Shown here: positions 36,156 through 49,820 of the stretch, piece by piece
How the letters are laid out: each line of letters begins with the position of its first letter
How positions within the stretch are numbered: position 1 is the stretch's first letter
Assembly (NCBI RefSeq): GCF_000143415.4
Contig: NW_003314321.1
Span: 1,126,236-1,190,235, forward strand
Source of the DNA: Selaginella moellendorffii
Lineage: Eukaryota; Plantae; Lycopodiophyta
Length of the DNA stretch: 64,000 bases
Direction: 5' to 3'
Notes under the pieces: generated by a model
What the model was told of the DNA's origin: nothing
The model's database searches: none
The model's input: only the letters and a program-made list of their open reading frames with translations
Made by a program: the position numbers and the translations under genes

Positions 36156-38885
36156 ATGAGCGGGGCGAGGCTGTGCACGCTCCTGGCCGATCTGGGCTAT
36201 GATTCCTGGCAAATGCTGGATCCAGACAGCTACGAGTGGCCCTTCCAGTACGAAGAGACGAGGCCACTCCTCGACTGGCTGTGTACCAATCTGCGAACCT
36301 CCAATGTGCTCGCTGTGCCCGAGCTCCATCACTACACCCAGCTGCTCAGCCAAGGAAAGCTTCTCCAGGTGAGCTTGCGCTTCTTTTCTCGTGCCATTCA
36401 TCCAGCGTGCGCGACTCCAGGGCGAGGACCTGGATTTTGCCTACGGCAGCATCTCCGCGTTTGAGAGCAAGAGATCAACCCAGGAGGCCGTCTTGGGTGC
36501 TGAGGAGTCCCTCAAGGAGATCCGGTAATCCATCCAGCTTCCTCTTGCTTGACTCCCTCGTGTTTCTTTCCCCAGGGAAGGCACGCACTGCCTCAAAGAA
36601 GAGGCTTCCGCATTGCAGCGGAGGGTCCAGCTTCTGCAAGCACACATGGACTCGCTCACTGCCTACACGTCGTCGCTCATGCAAGGGCGAAGAGCCAGAG
36701 TTGCTGTTGCATCCGCTGCAGGCAACCAGATGATGGTCGCCGAGGAGAAGCTGGCTAGTCGCAACTTAGAGGTAACTTTCTCTCGTCTTCTCTCTGCTGG
36801 CTAGGCATTCACAATTCACTCGCAGATGAACACCGTCCTTGACAAGCTTGCCTCGTCCGCTAGAGAGCTTGCGCACTATCACTCGGGGGAAGGTGCTTTG
36901 CTTGTTCTTTCTATGTTTTCTTACGTTTGCACGGGATTTTTGGCGGCTGCAGAGCAAGGGATCTTTCTTTCGTTTGCCGACTTGGGTCATTTCCTGGTTC
37001 AGGATCAAGCTTGTACCAAACAGCTCAACGAGTGGTTTGTGAAGCAGTTTGATGTGGTAAGGCACACTGTGTGCATGAGAACCACGCCGGTTTAACGATG
37101 CTCGCGTGTCACAGGGTCCCTCCCGGTTAGTAGCCGAAGAAGGAAAGTCTAAATGTTCGTGGGTGACACTTGATGATTTGGTAACGCAAGGTAAACACGG
37201 CCGGCACATTTGCTTTCTCCAGACTGACTGGCTCTCCTCGTGTTCAGGAGACTCCGAGAAGAGCCACCATAGGCGAGTTTTGGAACTGCAGCGCCTGCGC
37301 TCCATGTACGCACGTTGTCGCTTCTTATGTGCTAGCTCTGCTGTAACTGCTTGTCTTGTTCTTTCTGGAATAGGACAGTTTCGGCATAAGCGAGAGACAG
37401 TGGATTGACGCTCAGGTTGAAAAGGCGAAGCAGCTGGCAGTGCTTGCGACAGTCAAGTTGCAGGCTTCCGCCGATCAAGCGTATGTCCATTCAGATCTTC
37501 ATTCCTTAAGGTAGGCGGCATTCTCCATTCCAGCTGCGTCGGTTGACGAGTCTAGTAGTGAAGGCGGAGGAATGCAGATGTAGGAAGCGAGCTGCATCCA
37601 CTTGTTTTGAAGGAGGACAAGCTGCTTTCTGAGGCAAGTCTTTGAGTTTTCCAGACCGCGTGTAACTCATGTTGTGCCGCAGGCTGTTCCTTCACTGTGC
37701 TGGGAACTCGCGCAACTTCAAGACACGTATATTTTACAAGGTGATCACCTACACTTTTTATCTGCGGCTAACAGTGCTGGCAATGTGTTTTCAGGAGACT
37801 ATGACCTCAAGGTCATGCGGCAGGAGTACTACATGTCGCAACAGAAACGGGTTGAGCTTTCAAGTTGATGATCTCGCGTTTGTTTTAACGAATTTTGGTG
37901 GGTGCCTGCTAGTTCATCAGCCACTTGGTCTGCCAACTCGCTCGGCATCGTTTCCTTGAGATCGCTTGCCATCTTGAGAGGAGATCTATGAACGGTGCAT
38001 TTGAGCTGCTGAGGGCAATAGAGTCAGAGCTCGACGGGTACACCCAGGCTACCATCGGGCGCATTGTGAGATGGCGCGTGACATTTCCTGACCTGTTTGA
38101 CGGGCACTTGTTTTTGTGGTTTCTCAGGATCGGTGTCTGTCATTGTCGCAAGCGGGTGCCGAAGCACAAGAGCATGGCGCTGTGGATGATCGCGACACTT
38201 TTCTGCATCGCGTTAGAGACCTCTTGAACATATATACATGTAAGGATGCGCCGCAAACGCGAAAGAGACTCATGCCCGGCTTACAGATGAACAGGGAGCC
38301 ATTCCAATCTACGTGTCAGTTCCAGGTCTAGTCCAGCAGGTGAACAACTTGCAGGCAGAGTTGCAATCCCTACAACTGGAGCTTGACAATACTGAGGACA
38401 AAGCGAAATGCATAAGCGAGCTGTGAGTACAATCTATCACAGGTGCCATATTCAATCTACTGCTCGGCTTGTTGCAGCCTGACCATCATCAGAAGAATGC
38501 AGCAGCTTCTCTTTGCGTCATCGACGACTGCGCAACCAATTCTAACTCCTTGGGTATGCAAACCCGCCCGCTCTGCTCGTACTAACACTCAGTTTCGTTC
38601 TGCGCCGCCGAACAGCCATTGATGAAAGAGCTGGCGGACATGGAAAAGGTGAATTCCCAGCTTTCCTTGGCAATAGAGGAAGTGACTCGCGAGCACCGGG
38701 AGAAGGCAGAGGTACGGGCTGATTAGAAAGTCTCACCGTTAATCCATTGCATGCAGATTGTCAAACACCACCCTCATGAGGTTGGCAGGGAGAAGCAGGT
38801 GTTTGTCAACTTTTTCTGTGCTCCTGATCGGCTGCGGAGTCAGGTAAGGGAGCTGGCGGCACGGGTCAAGTCTATGCAGGCTTAG
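36156..38885 (+). CDS. AUG3: AUGMIN subunit 3 (HAUS3)
   Basis: [87 protein letters not shown]. Confidence 0.95.
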
Positions 38886-39484
38886 CCTTCTCTAAGCCAT
38901 GACAAAGGTGTGATTGTAAAGCTTCTACTTTTCTTTGTTTCAATATATTCTCTTCCAGGTGCTGGAGCTGCCATCTGGTGCAGTTTGACTTCCAAGAACA
39001 CAAGCTTGAAAAATTAGGCTTGACATGCGAGAAAACACGAAGCGGTTTGGACCATGGTAACTTTGGTTCCTGCAAGTGCAATCGAGGAGAGATTCAGAGG
39101 CGTTAGGCTATGGGGTTTGTCAACCACACAGCATTAATTTCTAGTGTATAAAATCGACTAGATCCAGTAGATGGATCATGGTTTAAGAAATTTCTGGCTC
39201 AGTGCTGAAGGTCCAAGCTGGAGACTCGTCTCATATGGTAGCGGTGCATTTCTATAGTTGCATGAAGGTACAAAAATCTGATAACAGGCTGATCAAGTTG
39301 ATGCTGTGCGCGCACGGTGGATGTTGGAACAGGCTCCAGACTCCGAACAAAAAGTTTGTTTTTATCTTTTTTAATTTTCATTAAAAATTTTACAATGTAG
39401 TGCCTGGTTTAGGGCTCAAAGCCAGCACCACATTTGTTTTCCTCCAAATAATCCTCCGAGGTCTATACACATTTTAAGAAGCGA

Positions 39485-42135
39485 TCAACTCAATATCATC
39501 GATAGTATCTGTCCCATTGTTCTCTCGTCTTCATCAGCGGACGGCGACGACGACGACACATCGCCCTCGAGAACAGCATCCAAGACGAGCTTCCGCTGCG
39601 CAATCCCATATATGTTCTCATCAACCGTCGACTTGGTCACCAGCCTGAGCCAAGAAAAACATAAGCAGCTTGCAAACACACCATAAAACCATATACCTGT
39701 AGACTGTCACGGACTTGGACTGACCAATTCGGTGGCATCGGTCCTCGGCTTGGCGGTCCATCTGCGGGTTGAAATCCACGTCGTGGATGATGACAGTATC
39801 CGCGCCCGTGAGATTGAGACCCTGGCCACCAGCTCGAGTAGAGAGCAGGAACGCAAATATGTCGAGCTCCTTGTTGAAATCGTCCACCAGGCTCTGTCGC
39901 TCACAAACTTGAGTGCTGCAAGGAGAAAAACAGCTAGCATCATGGATTATTCACTGCAACGCAGAGCTTTGGTACGTACCTCCCGTCCAGACGCCTGTAG
40001 CTGAGATTCATAACCTGGAGCACCCACTCGAGGATATCCAGCATTCCTGTCCACTGGCTGAATATCAAAGGCCGGTGACCTGCGCTCTGCAAGTGAGGGA
40101 GAAGCTTCACCAGGAGCTGCAACAACAAACTCTTTAGACACACAAAACATAACAGAAGGCATGGTTTCACCTGGCATTTTGCAGATTCGAGGGCATCTTT
40201 GTCACGCAATTTGGAGTGGCTCGCCAACATCCCATGCGTACAGCAGAGCTACACCACAAGACACAGTTTATTTTTATATGGGTGCTTGTCGGTACCTTGT
40301 GCAACGTATAGTCATTGTAACTACTGAGCTCCTCGACGATGCGCTCCAGTGTACACTCACTGCCAAAAATGCCATGCTGAAAGCACCTCTTGGCCAGCTT
40401 TTCCACGTCATTATTCGTGTAGATTCGTCGGACGAGCAGCGGGTGGTTCGCCAGCTGCAGCAAGCCACACGCACTCCTGACTTGGACACAAACTCAACCA
40501 AACCTTTCGAAGCTGCGTGAAGATGCTCGAAACCTGCCGTTGGGGACACGAGGACGTAAAAGACTGTCGATACTCCACCAACGCTTCCCTGTATGCAACA
40601 TCTTGGCTTTCCACCATGTCAACAGATTCCACCTGGACATCCGGTAGAACGTAAAAGATGAAATACCGTACCAGATAGGATCAGGTACGCGTACCTTTTG
40701 AAGTTTTGGTGTCAGCTGATCCATCACGGCGGCCTTCACACGACGTAAAACAAATGGGGAAAGTATGGCCTGGATCTGCTTGATAAGGTCGATGTTATCT
40801 GCAGTCAACACCCTTCTCCCATTTCTGTTGTCCAGGATCGCATCGAACTCACAGTTTGTGAAGATGGCCGGCATTGTGAATTCTAGTAATGACCAGAGCT
40901 CCTGGAGGGAAAAAAAAGACAATCGGAGACTCAGCGCAAGTTACATCCACAAACGCACCTGGAGGTCGTTTTGCAAAGGGGTCCCGGTTATCATCAAGCG
41001 GTGGCAAGCCCGCCGGGCTAGCGACTTGAGGTTCCTGTTCCTGTAGCTCGTGCGATCTTTGAGAAGATGCGCTTCGTCCATGACAATACAGCTCCACTTC
41101 CACTTCCTCAGCATGCTGCGATCATCCTTGGACGCTGCACTGGCGAAATGGAAAACTGGTGGGAGAAAGCAAGCCAAGTATCCGCCTACCTCTTTCGCTC
41201 GAAGAGAGAATAGCCGGTCAAGAACACGTGAAACGGGGGTGGCTTGTCGGACCTCGCCGCAGACAGGAGCTCGTCTTTGAAGGCACTGCGCTCGTTACCA
41301 TGGAATGGAATGACAGTGAAGGCAGGGCACCACTTTTCGAGCTCCCGCTGCCAGTTCTCTAGGACCGAAGCGGGAGTGACGATGAGATGCGGACCAGCGT
41401 CGCCATCCAGGTGCTTTATAAGCGCCAGAAACGCAATTGCCTGCAAGCACGATCACGTTTGGCGTATTTCCTAGAGACCAAAGTTGCCTACTTACCTGCA
41501 CAGTCTTTCCTAGGCCCATCTCGTCGGCAAGGATCGCTGCGATGGGCAAAAAGGATGAGAAGCAGCACTGGTACTAGGAAAAGCGGTGCTCACCTCCGCC
41601 TAGACGCTTGCGATAGAGCAAAAGAAGGAAGTTAACCCCCACAACTTGGTAAGGGCAGAGCATTTGATCCTTGTTGGAGCCAGCCATCTGGCACGCTGCT
41701 TGTACCTCGGCCTGCGAGTTGGAAACCAAGAAAGAATCAATCTCGAGCAAGCAAAGAAAGAAAGAAAGAAAGAAAGAGAGCAAATAAACTTACATGAGAG
41801 ACGAGCTTCGCGGCCTCGGTTAGCGCACTCCGGAGCTTGGCAGTGATCCTCTCGCATTTCCCCAGCGTGTGCTTGATCACATCCTGGGGCCTTCCCTGCA
41901 GATGCCGGATGGACGCATCGTCCTCCTCCAAGCCGATCGCCAAGCCATCGTCAGCTCTAGGCCTCAATGCCACGCTCTCCTCCTCATCGTCCTCGTCCCC
42001 CGGATCAATGACAGCCCTGCGACTCCTCTTGCCACTCACGCATTCGCCCTCGCCATCGTCGTCGTCGCTCACCACCACTCTCCTGCGACTCCCACCGCCG
42101 CCTGTGCGCCTTGGGGCGCCCTCTCCCACCTGCAT
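39485..42135 (-). CDS. CHR19: SNF2-family chromatin remodeler, CHR19/ETL1 (SMARCAD1/Fun30) type
   Basis: [79 protein letters not shown]. Start codon tentative. Confidence 0.88.
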
Positions 42136-42237
42136 TCCTCCCAGCTCCAGTACAAAGCCCTAAAGCTCCGCTTTGATCTATCAGCCCTAGACACGAGTAA
42201 AAGGTACCTGTGAGTGATAGTGATATATATATATATA

Positions 42238-43478
42238 TCACTCGATAGTAGTGTTCTTCGTCTTCTTGTTGACACAGGATTCCAGGAAGTTGAAGTATGC
42301 GTATCTGATATCAAACGCCATGTCGTACCCTGGAGAGAGAAAACAAGCCAAATAAAAGAAGAAGCAAAGGAGGGATACGGCGCTAACAAACGACTTACAG
42401 AAATTGATGGCGATTGTCCTGCCTCCCGAGTCGGGCCGCTGAGTGACATGGTGGAACCACATGCTGGGCCTACACACACACGCGAGCAGCGCAGTTAGAT
42501 CATTCAATGGAGTTTGTTTTGAGAGGAGGAGCTCACAAATAAAGGATCTCTCCAGCTCCAACTGTGCAGTGGAACGGCTCGCCACCTCCGCTGCTGAAGT
42601 ACCTGGGAAACTTGTGCTTGTCTTGATGGCGGCACTCGGGATCCACGCTCGCCCACGGCACCATTCTCCGCGGGCGATCGCTCCTCATCACCAGCTTGCG
42701 CTCGTCCTCCTGCTGTGCCTGTTACGCATATATATATCAGCTAGCGAGCAAGGAATTTTACCGGCGATGGCACGTAGCTTGCGGCGGGGTAGTCACGGAT
42801 GTAGAGCCTGTGGACGTCCACGGGTGGCAGCAGCGTGAAGTGCTTCTCCCCCGCCACAACAGCGTACAGGTTCTCGTAGTGATCCTTGTGGAAGGATGTC
42901 ACGGAGTTCTCGTTGCCAATCCAGAGATTGACAGCCTCGGGCAGTGAGCCCAGCGCTTGAGTCGCCCACGGGATGTCGGCCTCCACGTCGTCGATCAGCC
43001 GCGAGTACTCTGTGCGCAGGCAGTCGTTTTGCTGCTGGAGGTACGCTACGTTGCTACTGCTTCTCTTGCCGAGAACAGCTTCCAGAGCTTGGGCGAAAGG
43101 CATCGACTGGACGTGAGCGCTGACGAACATGAGCGTTTCCTGGTCGCCATCGATGGGATCCAGATCGCCGTCGCCACCGCCGTCGGCATCTGGTAGCATT
43201 TCCATGCCGCGCACGTCGACGATTGAGTCTGCGCGGCCATCTGGAGTGAAATGGACGCTGACCTGCTGATCCCCAAGCGCTGCGCGAAGATAATCGTTGG
43301 ACCACTTGCGGAGAGCGCTCCAGTGCTGGATGCCGCCCGTTACAATGCACGGCTTACCCGGCATGACGAAATCGCGAAGGAAACGCAGCGGAGACACTGG
43401 CGCTGCGACGCGCTCCACCTGGCTGCCCAGGGAGAGCTCGCGCGCCTCCCGGGACAGTAGCTCCATGGCCTCCTCCAT
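42238..43478 (-). CDS. JMJ32: JmjC-only protein, JMJD7/JMJ32-like
   Basis: FLRDFV..PC, TPDGRAD, YLQQQNDC, AVNLWIGN..TSFHKDHYENLY, PSMWFHHV, WYDMAFD. Confidence 0.9.
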
Positions 43479-44176
43479 GGCGCCAGAGCCAGAGCGAAGA
43501 ACCCTAGCTAAAACCCTCCAAAGATAAAATGTATGCGCCCCGTGACCGGGAAAATGGGCCACCTCGTAGCGTTGCCGTACGAGCGCCATCATGTCCAAAA
43601 CCCCTGATACGGAGTGGTAAGTAATTTCTTTTTACTGGCCGTGTGTGTTGGGGCGGAGGAGGGAGGAGGAGCCAGCGCCATCGCCATCGCCGCCTCCAAG
43701 CAGTAGTGGCAGTGGGTCTAGGGCTCCAGCGGCGGTGCACGACTAGGCGCCGCGCGTAGGATGTAGAAGAAGGTACTCGCTGCTGAGCCGAGATGGGATC
43801 ATCGGGTCGGGCGGCCGCGAGACATTGATAATCGTGCTCTGCTGCGCAGGTCCTGATCTATCTTTCTTTGCGGGAAATTTGGAGGCTTCTTGGCTCGCAT
43901 GTCGAATCTGTGCCATTGCGCATGGCGAATGAGCCATTTCTTGCGGCCTCCCTCGCAATGCAGGTAGGCTTTCCCTCTTTCCGGGCCTCAGATCTTCCCC
44001 GTTGATCGTCTTTAATTGGCAGCTCCGCGGATCTTAGCAGTGGGGGAGAGATTGGAGAAAGAATGTAGAGCGCGGGGAGGAGGAGAATCCCGGTCGCGTG
44101 TCCGCATGCCCTAATTTAGGGCAGGCCAGGGGCAGATGAGGAAGCGGAAGCTCGGCGATAGCAGCACTGGTTGATC

Positions 44177-46569
44177 ATGGTCGCTGCTTTGTCTTCGTCA
44201 TCACCAGCCACAGCCACAGCCACAGCCACAGGAGGAGTGCCACAACAAAGAGGGGATTCCATCCCAGCTCTGGCAGACAAAGGCTCTAGTGGCAATGGGG
44301 AGATCCTACGCAAGCAACACCGCAGCAGGGAAATCACCTCCAGGTACAAGTCCACCACACCGACCTCCATTCCCACCCCGCCTCCCACCACTCCAGCTCG
44401 CCGCTTTCCTTCTCCTCTCATCGGTCGCAGCTCCAATGGCCCGGAAGGCCCCAAGCGAGCAGTGTCGGCGGAGCGCAAGAGGCCCGACTCGCCAGCCTCG
44501 TCTTCGTCAACCACTAGCGGCAGTAGTGGCAGGCCAGGTACTCCGAGAACGGTGCCGAGAGTTTCTTCTGGGCCGGGGAATGCAGATGCGTTGCGCTCGG
44601 CTCAGCGCTTGTGGCCCTCCACCCACGCTCTATCCGCATCCTTGCAGCTGGATCATACTCTGAGGCCCGCCGAGAATGGCATCCGCAGGAGCTTATCTTC
44701 GGACAAGGCCCCGTCTGACAGGAAGGGGACACCAGAGAGGAAGAGAACTCCTGTTCGGCGGCCAACAACGGATCAGGCTGAGAATGCACGGCCTCAAGAC
44801 AACTCCGGTGTGCACAGGTGGTCTGCTGGAAACTCTCCGAAAGCACTGAGCCGGAGCGTAGATCTTAGCTCCGACAAAGATAAAAGTGGGAAGACGACAG
44901 GTCTAGTGGTGCAGGGACGAGCCATGAATGGTACCACTCGGCCGGTAAAGCGTACACCTCCAATACGCAGTTTGACAAGGTCGATCAACGATGGCCCGTT
45001 GCCTGACTCGCCACAAAGTGTATCTCGGCATATGCTCTCGGAGAGCAGGGGAAGGCCCAAACGGGACCTTGAAAATGGCGGAGGCCGAGACATGGCCCAA
45101 CATCAGCAGCAGGTTGACGAGTCTGTTCGACAGCTTCCTGATGAAACGGAACTGGCAAGTTTGGAGAGCCAACCATCGCTGGATAACCTCTCGGACTGCG
45201 AGAGCCTATCTTCGTCGGGCTCCGGTGCCACCACCGTCACTTCTTCCGGGTCTGTGAAGCGCACTACAGCCAGGTCGAGGCGTCTCTCTCAGGGTGACAT
45301 AGTTGGCTGCTCGCTGACGGACCAAGATTTTTCTACGTTGGGAGGGAAGAATGTTCGCCGGTTGAAGAGTCTGTCGGTTTCGACTGCCTCGCAGTCTACG
45401 GCGATGTCACCCTCCCGTCTGTCGGCGCAGCAGCCACCGTCCCCGTCCCGGATGCTGGTATCCTCCCCATTTCGAAGTATTCCGAGTCCCACCAGGACGA
45501 GGATTCCATCGTTTCAGCTTCCACCAAGCGGGCACAGCAGCAGAGCTAGCAGCATTTCCAGCTTGCTACATTTTCCCATGGACATGCGCAAAGGAAAGAA
45601 AGCTATGAGCCAACAGGAAGAAGCTCAGTATCTGCGTATACTGCACAACCGCTGGCTTCAGTGGTGCTTTGTCAACGCTCGAGCGGAGGCTGCAAAAAAT
45701 GCTCAGAGGGCCATAGCAGAGGTGAACGTCTCTAACTCTTTTTCTTTTCCTGGTGACTGATTCCATTCTATAACATTTGGCAGAGGTCCATCTACAACGC
45801 GTGGCTGCAAACGTCGGAGCTTCGAAAGTCTGTAGCCATGAAACGGATCAAGCTGCAACAAGCGAGACAAGCGAGAAAACTCCAGGCGATTCTCTCGTCT
45901 CAGGTGAAACGCATTATGCTGTTGTCATGTACGTTGAGGCTGACATGTGTATACCACCCAAGGGCCCTCACCTAGAGAGCTGGGCGGCACTTCACGCCGA
46001 GCATTCGGCTGCATTGTCTGGGGCGATGGAAGCTCTAGAGGCTGCAGTACTGAGGGTACCTGTGACTGCCGGTGCAAGGGTAATGAATTCTTTCCTTTTT
46101 CTCCTTCTTTTCCTGATGCGACGAGATTGTTGACGATGTGCAGGCCGACGTCCAAGCTATTAGGGACGCTTTATGCTGTACGGTGGATGTCATGGGATCC
46201 TTGGGGTCGGCTGTTGTGAATCTCATGCCTAAGGTATGCATGCTCCCTGTTTCCTTGTCTTTTAACTTTATTCGCTGTCACAGACTGAGAAGATGGACGG
46301 TCTTATCTCGGGGCTTGCGGAGGTGGCCAAACAGGAAAAGGCTACACTTGAAGAGTGCGGTGCCTTACTGGATAGACTAGCTGCATTAGAGGTGCGTGGC
46401 TTGTGGTTGTTGTATGCGACGTGCTAACTTCTTTGCTTGTGGCATGGAATAGATAGAGGAAACAAGCCTGAGAACACATTTTGTGCAACTCGAGTGCGAA
46501 AAGAGTAGAACCAACCTCAACTCCTCCTGGATCGAAGCTCCACTGAGAACACCAGCAAAGACTTGCTAA
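44177..46569 (+). CDS. QWRF/DUF566 family microtubule-associated protein (AUG8/SCO3-like)
   Basis: SREITSRYKS, RAVSAERKRP, long S/P/R-rich region, LRILHNRWLQWCFVNARAE, then LEAAVLRVPV. Confidence 0.88.
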
Positions 46570-46861
46570 CTCGGCAAAGACGGCAGCAGCAGCAGCAGCA
46601 ACACTTTTGGTTTTCCTCACCATTGCTCGCTTTCCCTCGTGCTCACTCATGCTCCAGCTGCTCGTTCGTTCGTTCGTTCGCGATCACGCTCCCGAAGGTA
46701 TTTGTAAATTAGCTCTAGTCCTCTTTTGTTTTGCAACTGGAGAGAGAAGAGAGCGAGGAGACCTGCCGTCGATGATCTCGCCCTGTCTATACAAGCAAAA
46801 GTTAACTACCACCTTTAATCACTGACTTTTGTGCTAGAAAGATTCGAAGGATCTAGGGTTT

Positions 46862-47275
46862 ATGGCTATGGCACTGTCGCTTGCGCGGGCGTGGGAATCC
46901 AGCATTCTCCCTCGCAGGCTCCTTCCAGCGGGCTATCGACACAAGAAGCTCATCTTCGTGGCCAGCAGCGGCCCACTCTACATCCTCGATTTTGGGCGGT
47001 ACAAGAAGCGGGAGCTGGAATCGGTGCCCAATTCCTATCTCCGCTGGATCGTCACGCAGTCGCCACACAGGAAGCGCGCATACTGGGCGCCGCTAGCCCA
47101 GGCCGTGCTCGACAAGCGCAAGGCGCTCGAGGCATCCAAGTACCCGCCGCTGGTGGATCACATTGGCGTCTTCACAGAGGACCAGCTCGATCATATGTGC
47201 CGCTGTGGCCTCGTTAAGAGGGAGTGTGAGCAGAGGAAGGAGCTCCGCCGCTACTCGCTCTTCCCGCCCGTCTAG
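46862..47275 (+). CDS. Small intronless protein with FGxYK..L..VP.SYLRW motif (DUF3820/ExoX-C-like) and a transit-peptide-like N-terminus
   Basis: ILDFGRYKKRELESVPNSYLRWIV..WAPLAQAVLD; telo-box-like TAGGGTTT just upstream; GC3-rich codons. Confidence 0.6.
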   Translation: MAMALSLARAWESSILPRRLLPAGYRHKKLIFVASSGPLYILDFGRYKKRELESVPNSYLRWIVTQSPHRKRAYWAPLAQAVLDKRKALEASKYPPLVDHIGVFTEDQLDHMCRCGLVKRECEQRKELRRYSLFPPV

Positions 47276-47369
47276 TAAGCTTCCTTGGTCAGCCATAGCT
47301 AGCTAGCTAGATCAAGATGAGGAATGGGAGTAGGGTTGCTTGCTCCTTGGTGGAGTATGCTAGGGCAGA

Positions 47370-49820
47370 ATGGAGGTGGAGCGAGTGGTGGTGGCGGTGG
47401 ACGTGCGGCATTTGATCGGGCAAGCGCGCAGCTATGGCTGTGCCTTGGAGAGCTTGGTGCGCAGGATCTTGGCCATGGTAAGCAGCAGCAACACAATGTG
47501 GGCATTCACCTTCTTGGATTCGCTCGCGTCTGGGGCGTCGACGAGTGTGCTGGGGAGAGCTGGGACGGCGCCGTTCGCGTCGGCGAGAAACGAGCGTAGC
47601 ATCAGGGCATTCCGGGATTGCGTGGACAAGCTACTAGTGGGAGATGCTCAGGAAGATCACGCTGCTGCTGCTCCTCGCCATGCCTGGGCATTCCACATCG
47701 CGAATGCGTTACTGCCGCTTCTCACTGCTTACTCGTGGGATCCGCTGCTCCTCGACGACAATGGTGATCGCGGGAAGTCGATGCTGCTACCCATCACCCG
47801 CCCGAGCTTGTTGCTAGTGCTGTCCACGGCGCCATCCCGGCAAGAGCTCCATGCATTCCTCTCCTCGTCCTCGGACACGGCCGGGCTTCCCGAAGAAGAG
47901 CGAAGAATCGCTTCTCTCCACAAGCTCTTGGAAAAGAAGAACGTACACGCTCTTTGGTTCCAGCCGCCGGGAGAAGCCGCCACCTTGATGGATTTGCTCC
48001 AAGCTGTCAAGAGCTCCTCCTCCTCTTCCTGGGGTTTCTCGTCCGTGGACACCTTCCTCGTCGCCACCCTCGTCATGCCACACCGTCTCCTCCTTCCAGT
48101 GCTTTTGTTGCCGCTAGTTTTCCCACGCACCACCCAGCGCCATCTTACTCCTCCAGCCAAGCTCCGTGTGCGCATCTCGGACAAGCACCGGTTTGTATGT
48201 GACGTTGGCATCACATCACTGGGTGAGAGCACAAGTTTGGACGAGCACGGGTGTTCCAAGATTCGTCTTGCTCTCACTGCCGTGCTTCCACGCAGCGATC
48301 GAACTGTGGCCTCGGCGCAGCAGCACAGAGTAGTCGAGACATACGTCGTGTACCAGCATCGGCAAAGGAGCGGGATCGGCAAGGAGCTTACTGGAAGCGC
48401 GAGACGCGAGTTGCTACAAAGGCTTGAGCACTTGCCCGAGGAGCTCGTCTGCCGGCAGCACCATGAGCTCAGCTTGATCCTGCTCTTCCTGGCACGTCAA
48501 GTTGCTGTTGCTCTCGTGGATATGGAGGTTACGCAGGGTGGGACGACGAGACAGCTGAAAGGATTTCTGGAGCCACTGTCCATCTCGTCGGCCACGTTAC
48601 GTATAGTCACAGGACAAGACGCTCTCACCAGCGCGAGAGTTTCGAATGCCTCGGACGACGCAAAGCAGCCATGCACACGGCTGCTCTCAGGTAGCTGGAA
48701 CGAGGCGTGGAGCTGGTGTATGAAGTTGCTGCTCCAGAATGCAAGTATGGACTGGATGGACCCGGTATTCAAAGAGTCCATGTACCCGGGAGTTTTCAAA
48801 GCTTGGAAGAGACAACGGTGGCAAGAGAGCACGTCTGGACAAGTCGTTGCTGCACCCGACACGGGACCAGGTGATTGCAAGCATCAAGAACAAGATGATA
48901 ATGATCCAGCAATGGACGTCTCGCAGGACATGGCAGAGTCGTATACCTCTTCTCTAGCCGAAAGGCTTGAAGGTTGCATCAGTGCCGGCAACTTCGACGC
49001 AGGGAAGCTCGTGAGGGACACGGCTGCCGCTGTCCAGGCGTGTCGTGCTCCTCCAGAAACGATCCACAACTTGCTCCTCCTGGCTCCCAAGGAGTTGTCC
49101 TTCAAATATACGGAAGGCGGCAGCAGCCATTCGATGGATCACAAACTCAACGAGTATGTTTTCTCGCTTCATGTTTTCTCTCTGACTTGGATTGCCCTCC
49201 AGATACACGCTTCAGATCCAGCTTCGGCTTGAAATGCTAGCCGCTGGCCAAGCACCGGGCATGGAGGCCGAGTTCACGGAGCAAGTCTGTGAGCTTCTGT
49301 ATGACATCCAATTCAGCCTTGGTGGTGATATCTTCACGGAGGAGGCGCCCCTTGTCAAGTTTGCTGACCGAGTCGTGCGCTCAAGGTGACGAGTTTACAT
49401 TCCCTTTTGGTTGGCAGTCCTGTTTACTTTGTGTGTTTACTTTGTGTTTGCAGCTACGAGAAGGTCCCTCGCGTTGTCGACGACATTTACACGCGGATGG
49501 AGTTTCTTGGATACGATAGCCCCGAGCCAAACGCAGTGGAAGAAATGCCGCTAGCAGCAGTGCCATTGGCATTCTCGGAGGAGGTTGTGAGGAGCGGGAG
49601 TGACGTTACGAAGGCCCAGATGGACGTGGAGAGAGCTCGGAGGCTATCACACTTTTCTGGGTTCCAACAAAAGCGTAAATTCGTGAAGAAAGCGCGGCTT
49701 GCTGCTACACCAAGCCACAAAGCAACTGTGGACTCGGTGCTTGAAACACCACACATTCAACTGTGCTCTTCCCGACCCAAGGGGCCGTCTGTGCTACCAC
49801 GGCGCTCAATCTTCCCGTGA
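47370..49820 (+). CDS. Treslin/TICRR-like protein (3 exons)
   Basis: N-terminal vWA-like RVVVAVD..WAFTFLDS; later YTLQIQLRLEML..QVCELLYDIQF..DDIYTRMEFL..ERARRLSHF..VLETP, resembling plant Treslin homologs as recalled. Confidence 0.65.

Noticed and set aside
41752-41780. (GAAA)n and other microsatellites (GA at ~32030-32063, TTCG at ~46662, TA at ~42224)
   Set aside because: Ordinary simple repeats; no repeat-spacer structure, so not CRISPR-like.
43479-43598. N-terminal extension of the JmjC ORF in the ORF track
   Set aside because: Crosses telo-box-like leader sequence; the family-like sequence begins at MEEAMELL (43478).
6134-49820. Apparent cluster of replication/mitosis genes (DNA2, AUG3, CHR19, QWRF, Treslin-like)
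   Set aside because: Interspersed with unrelated genes; plausible by chance at this gene density without synteny evidence.
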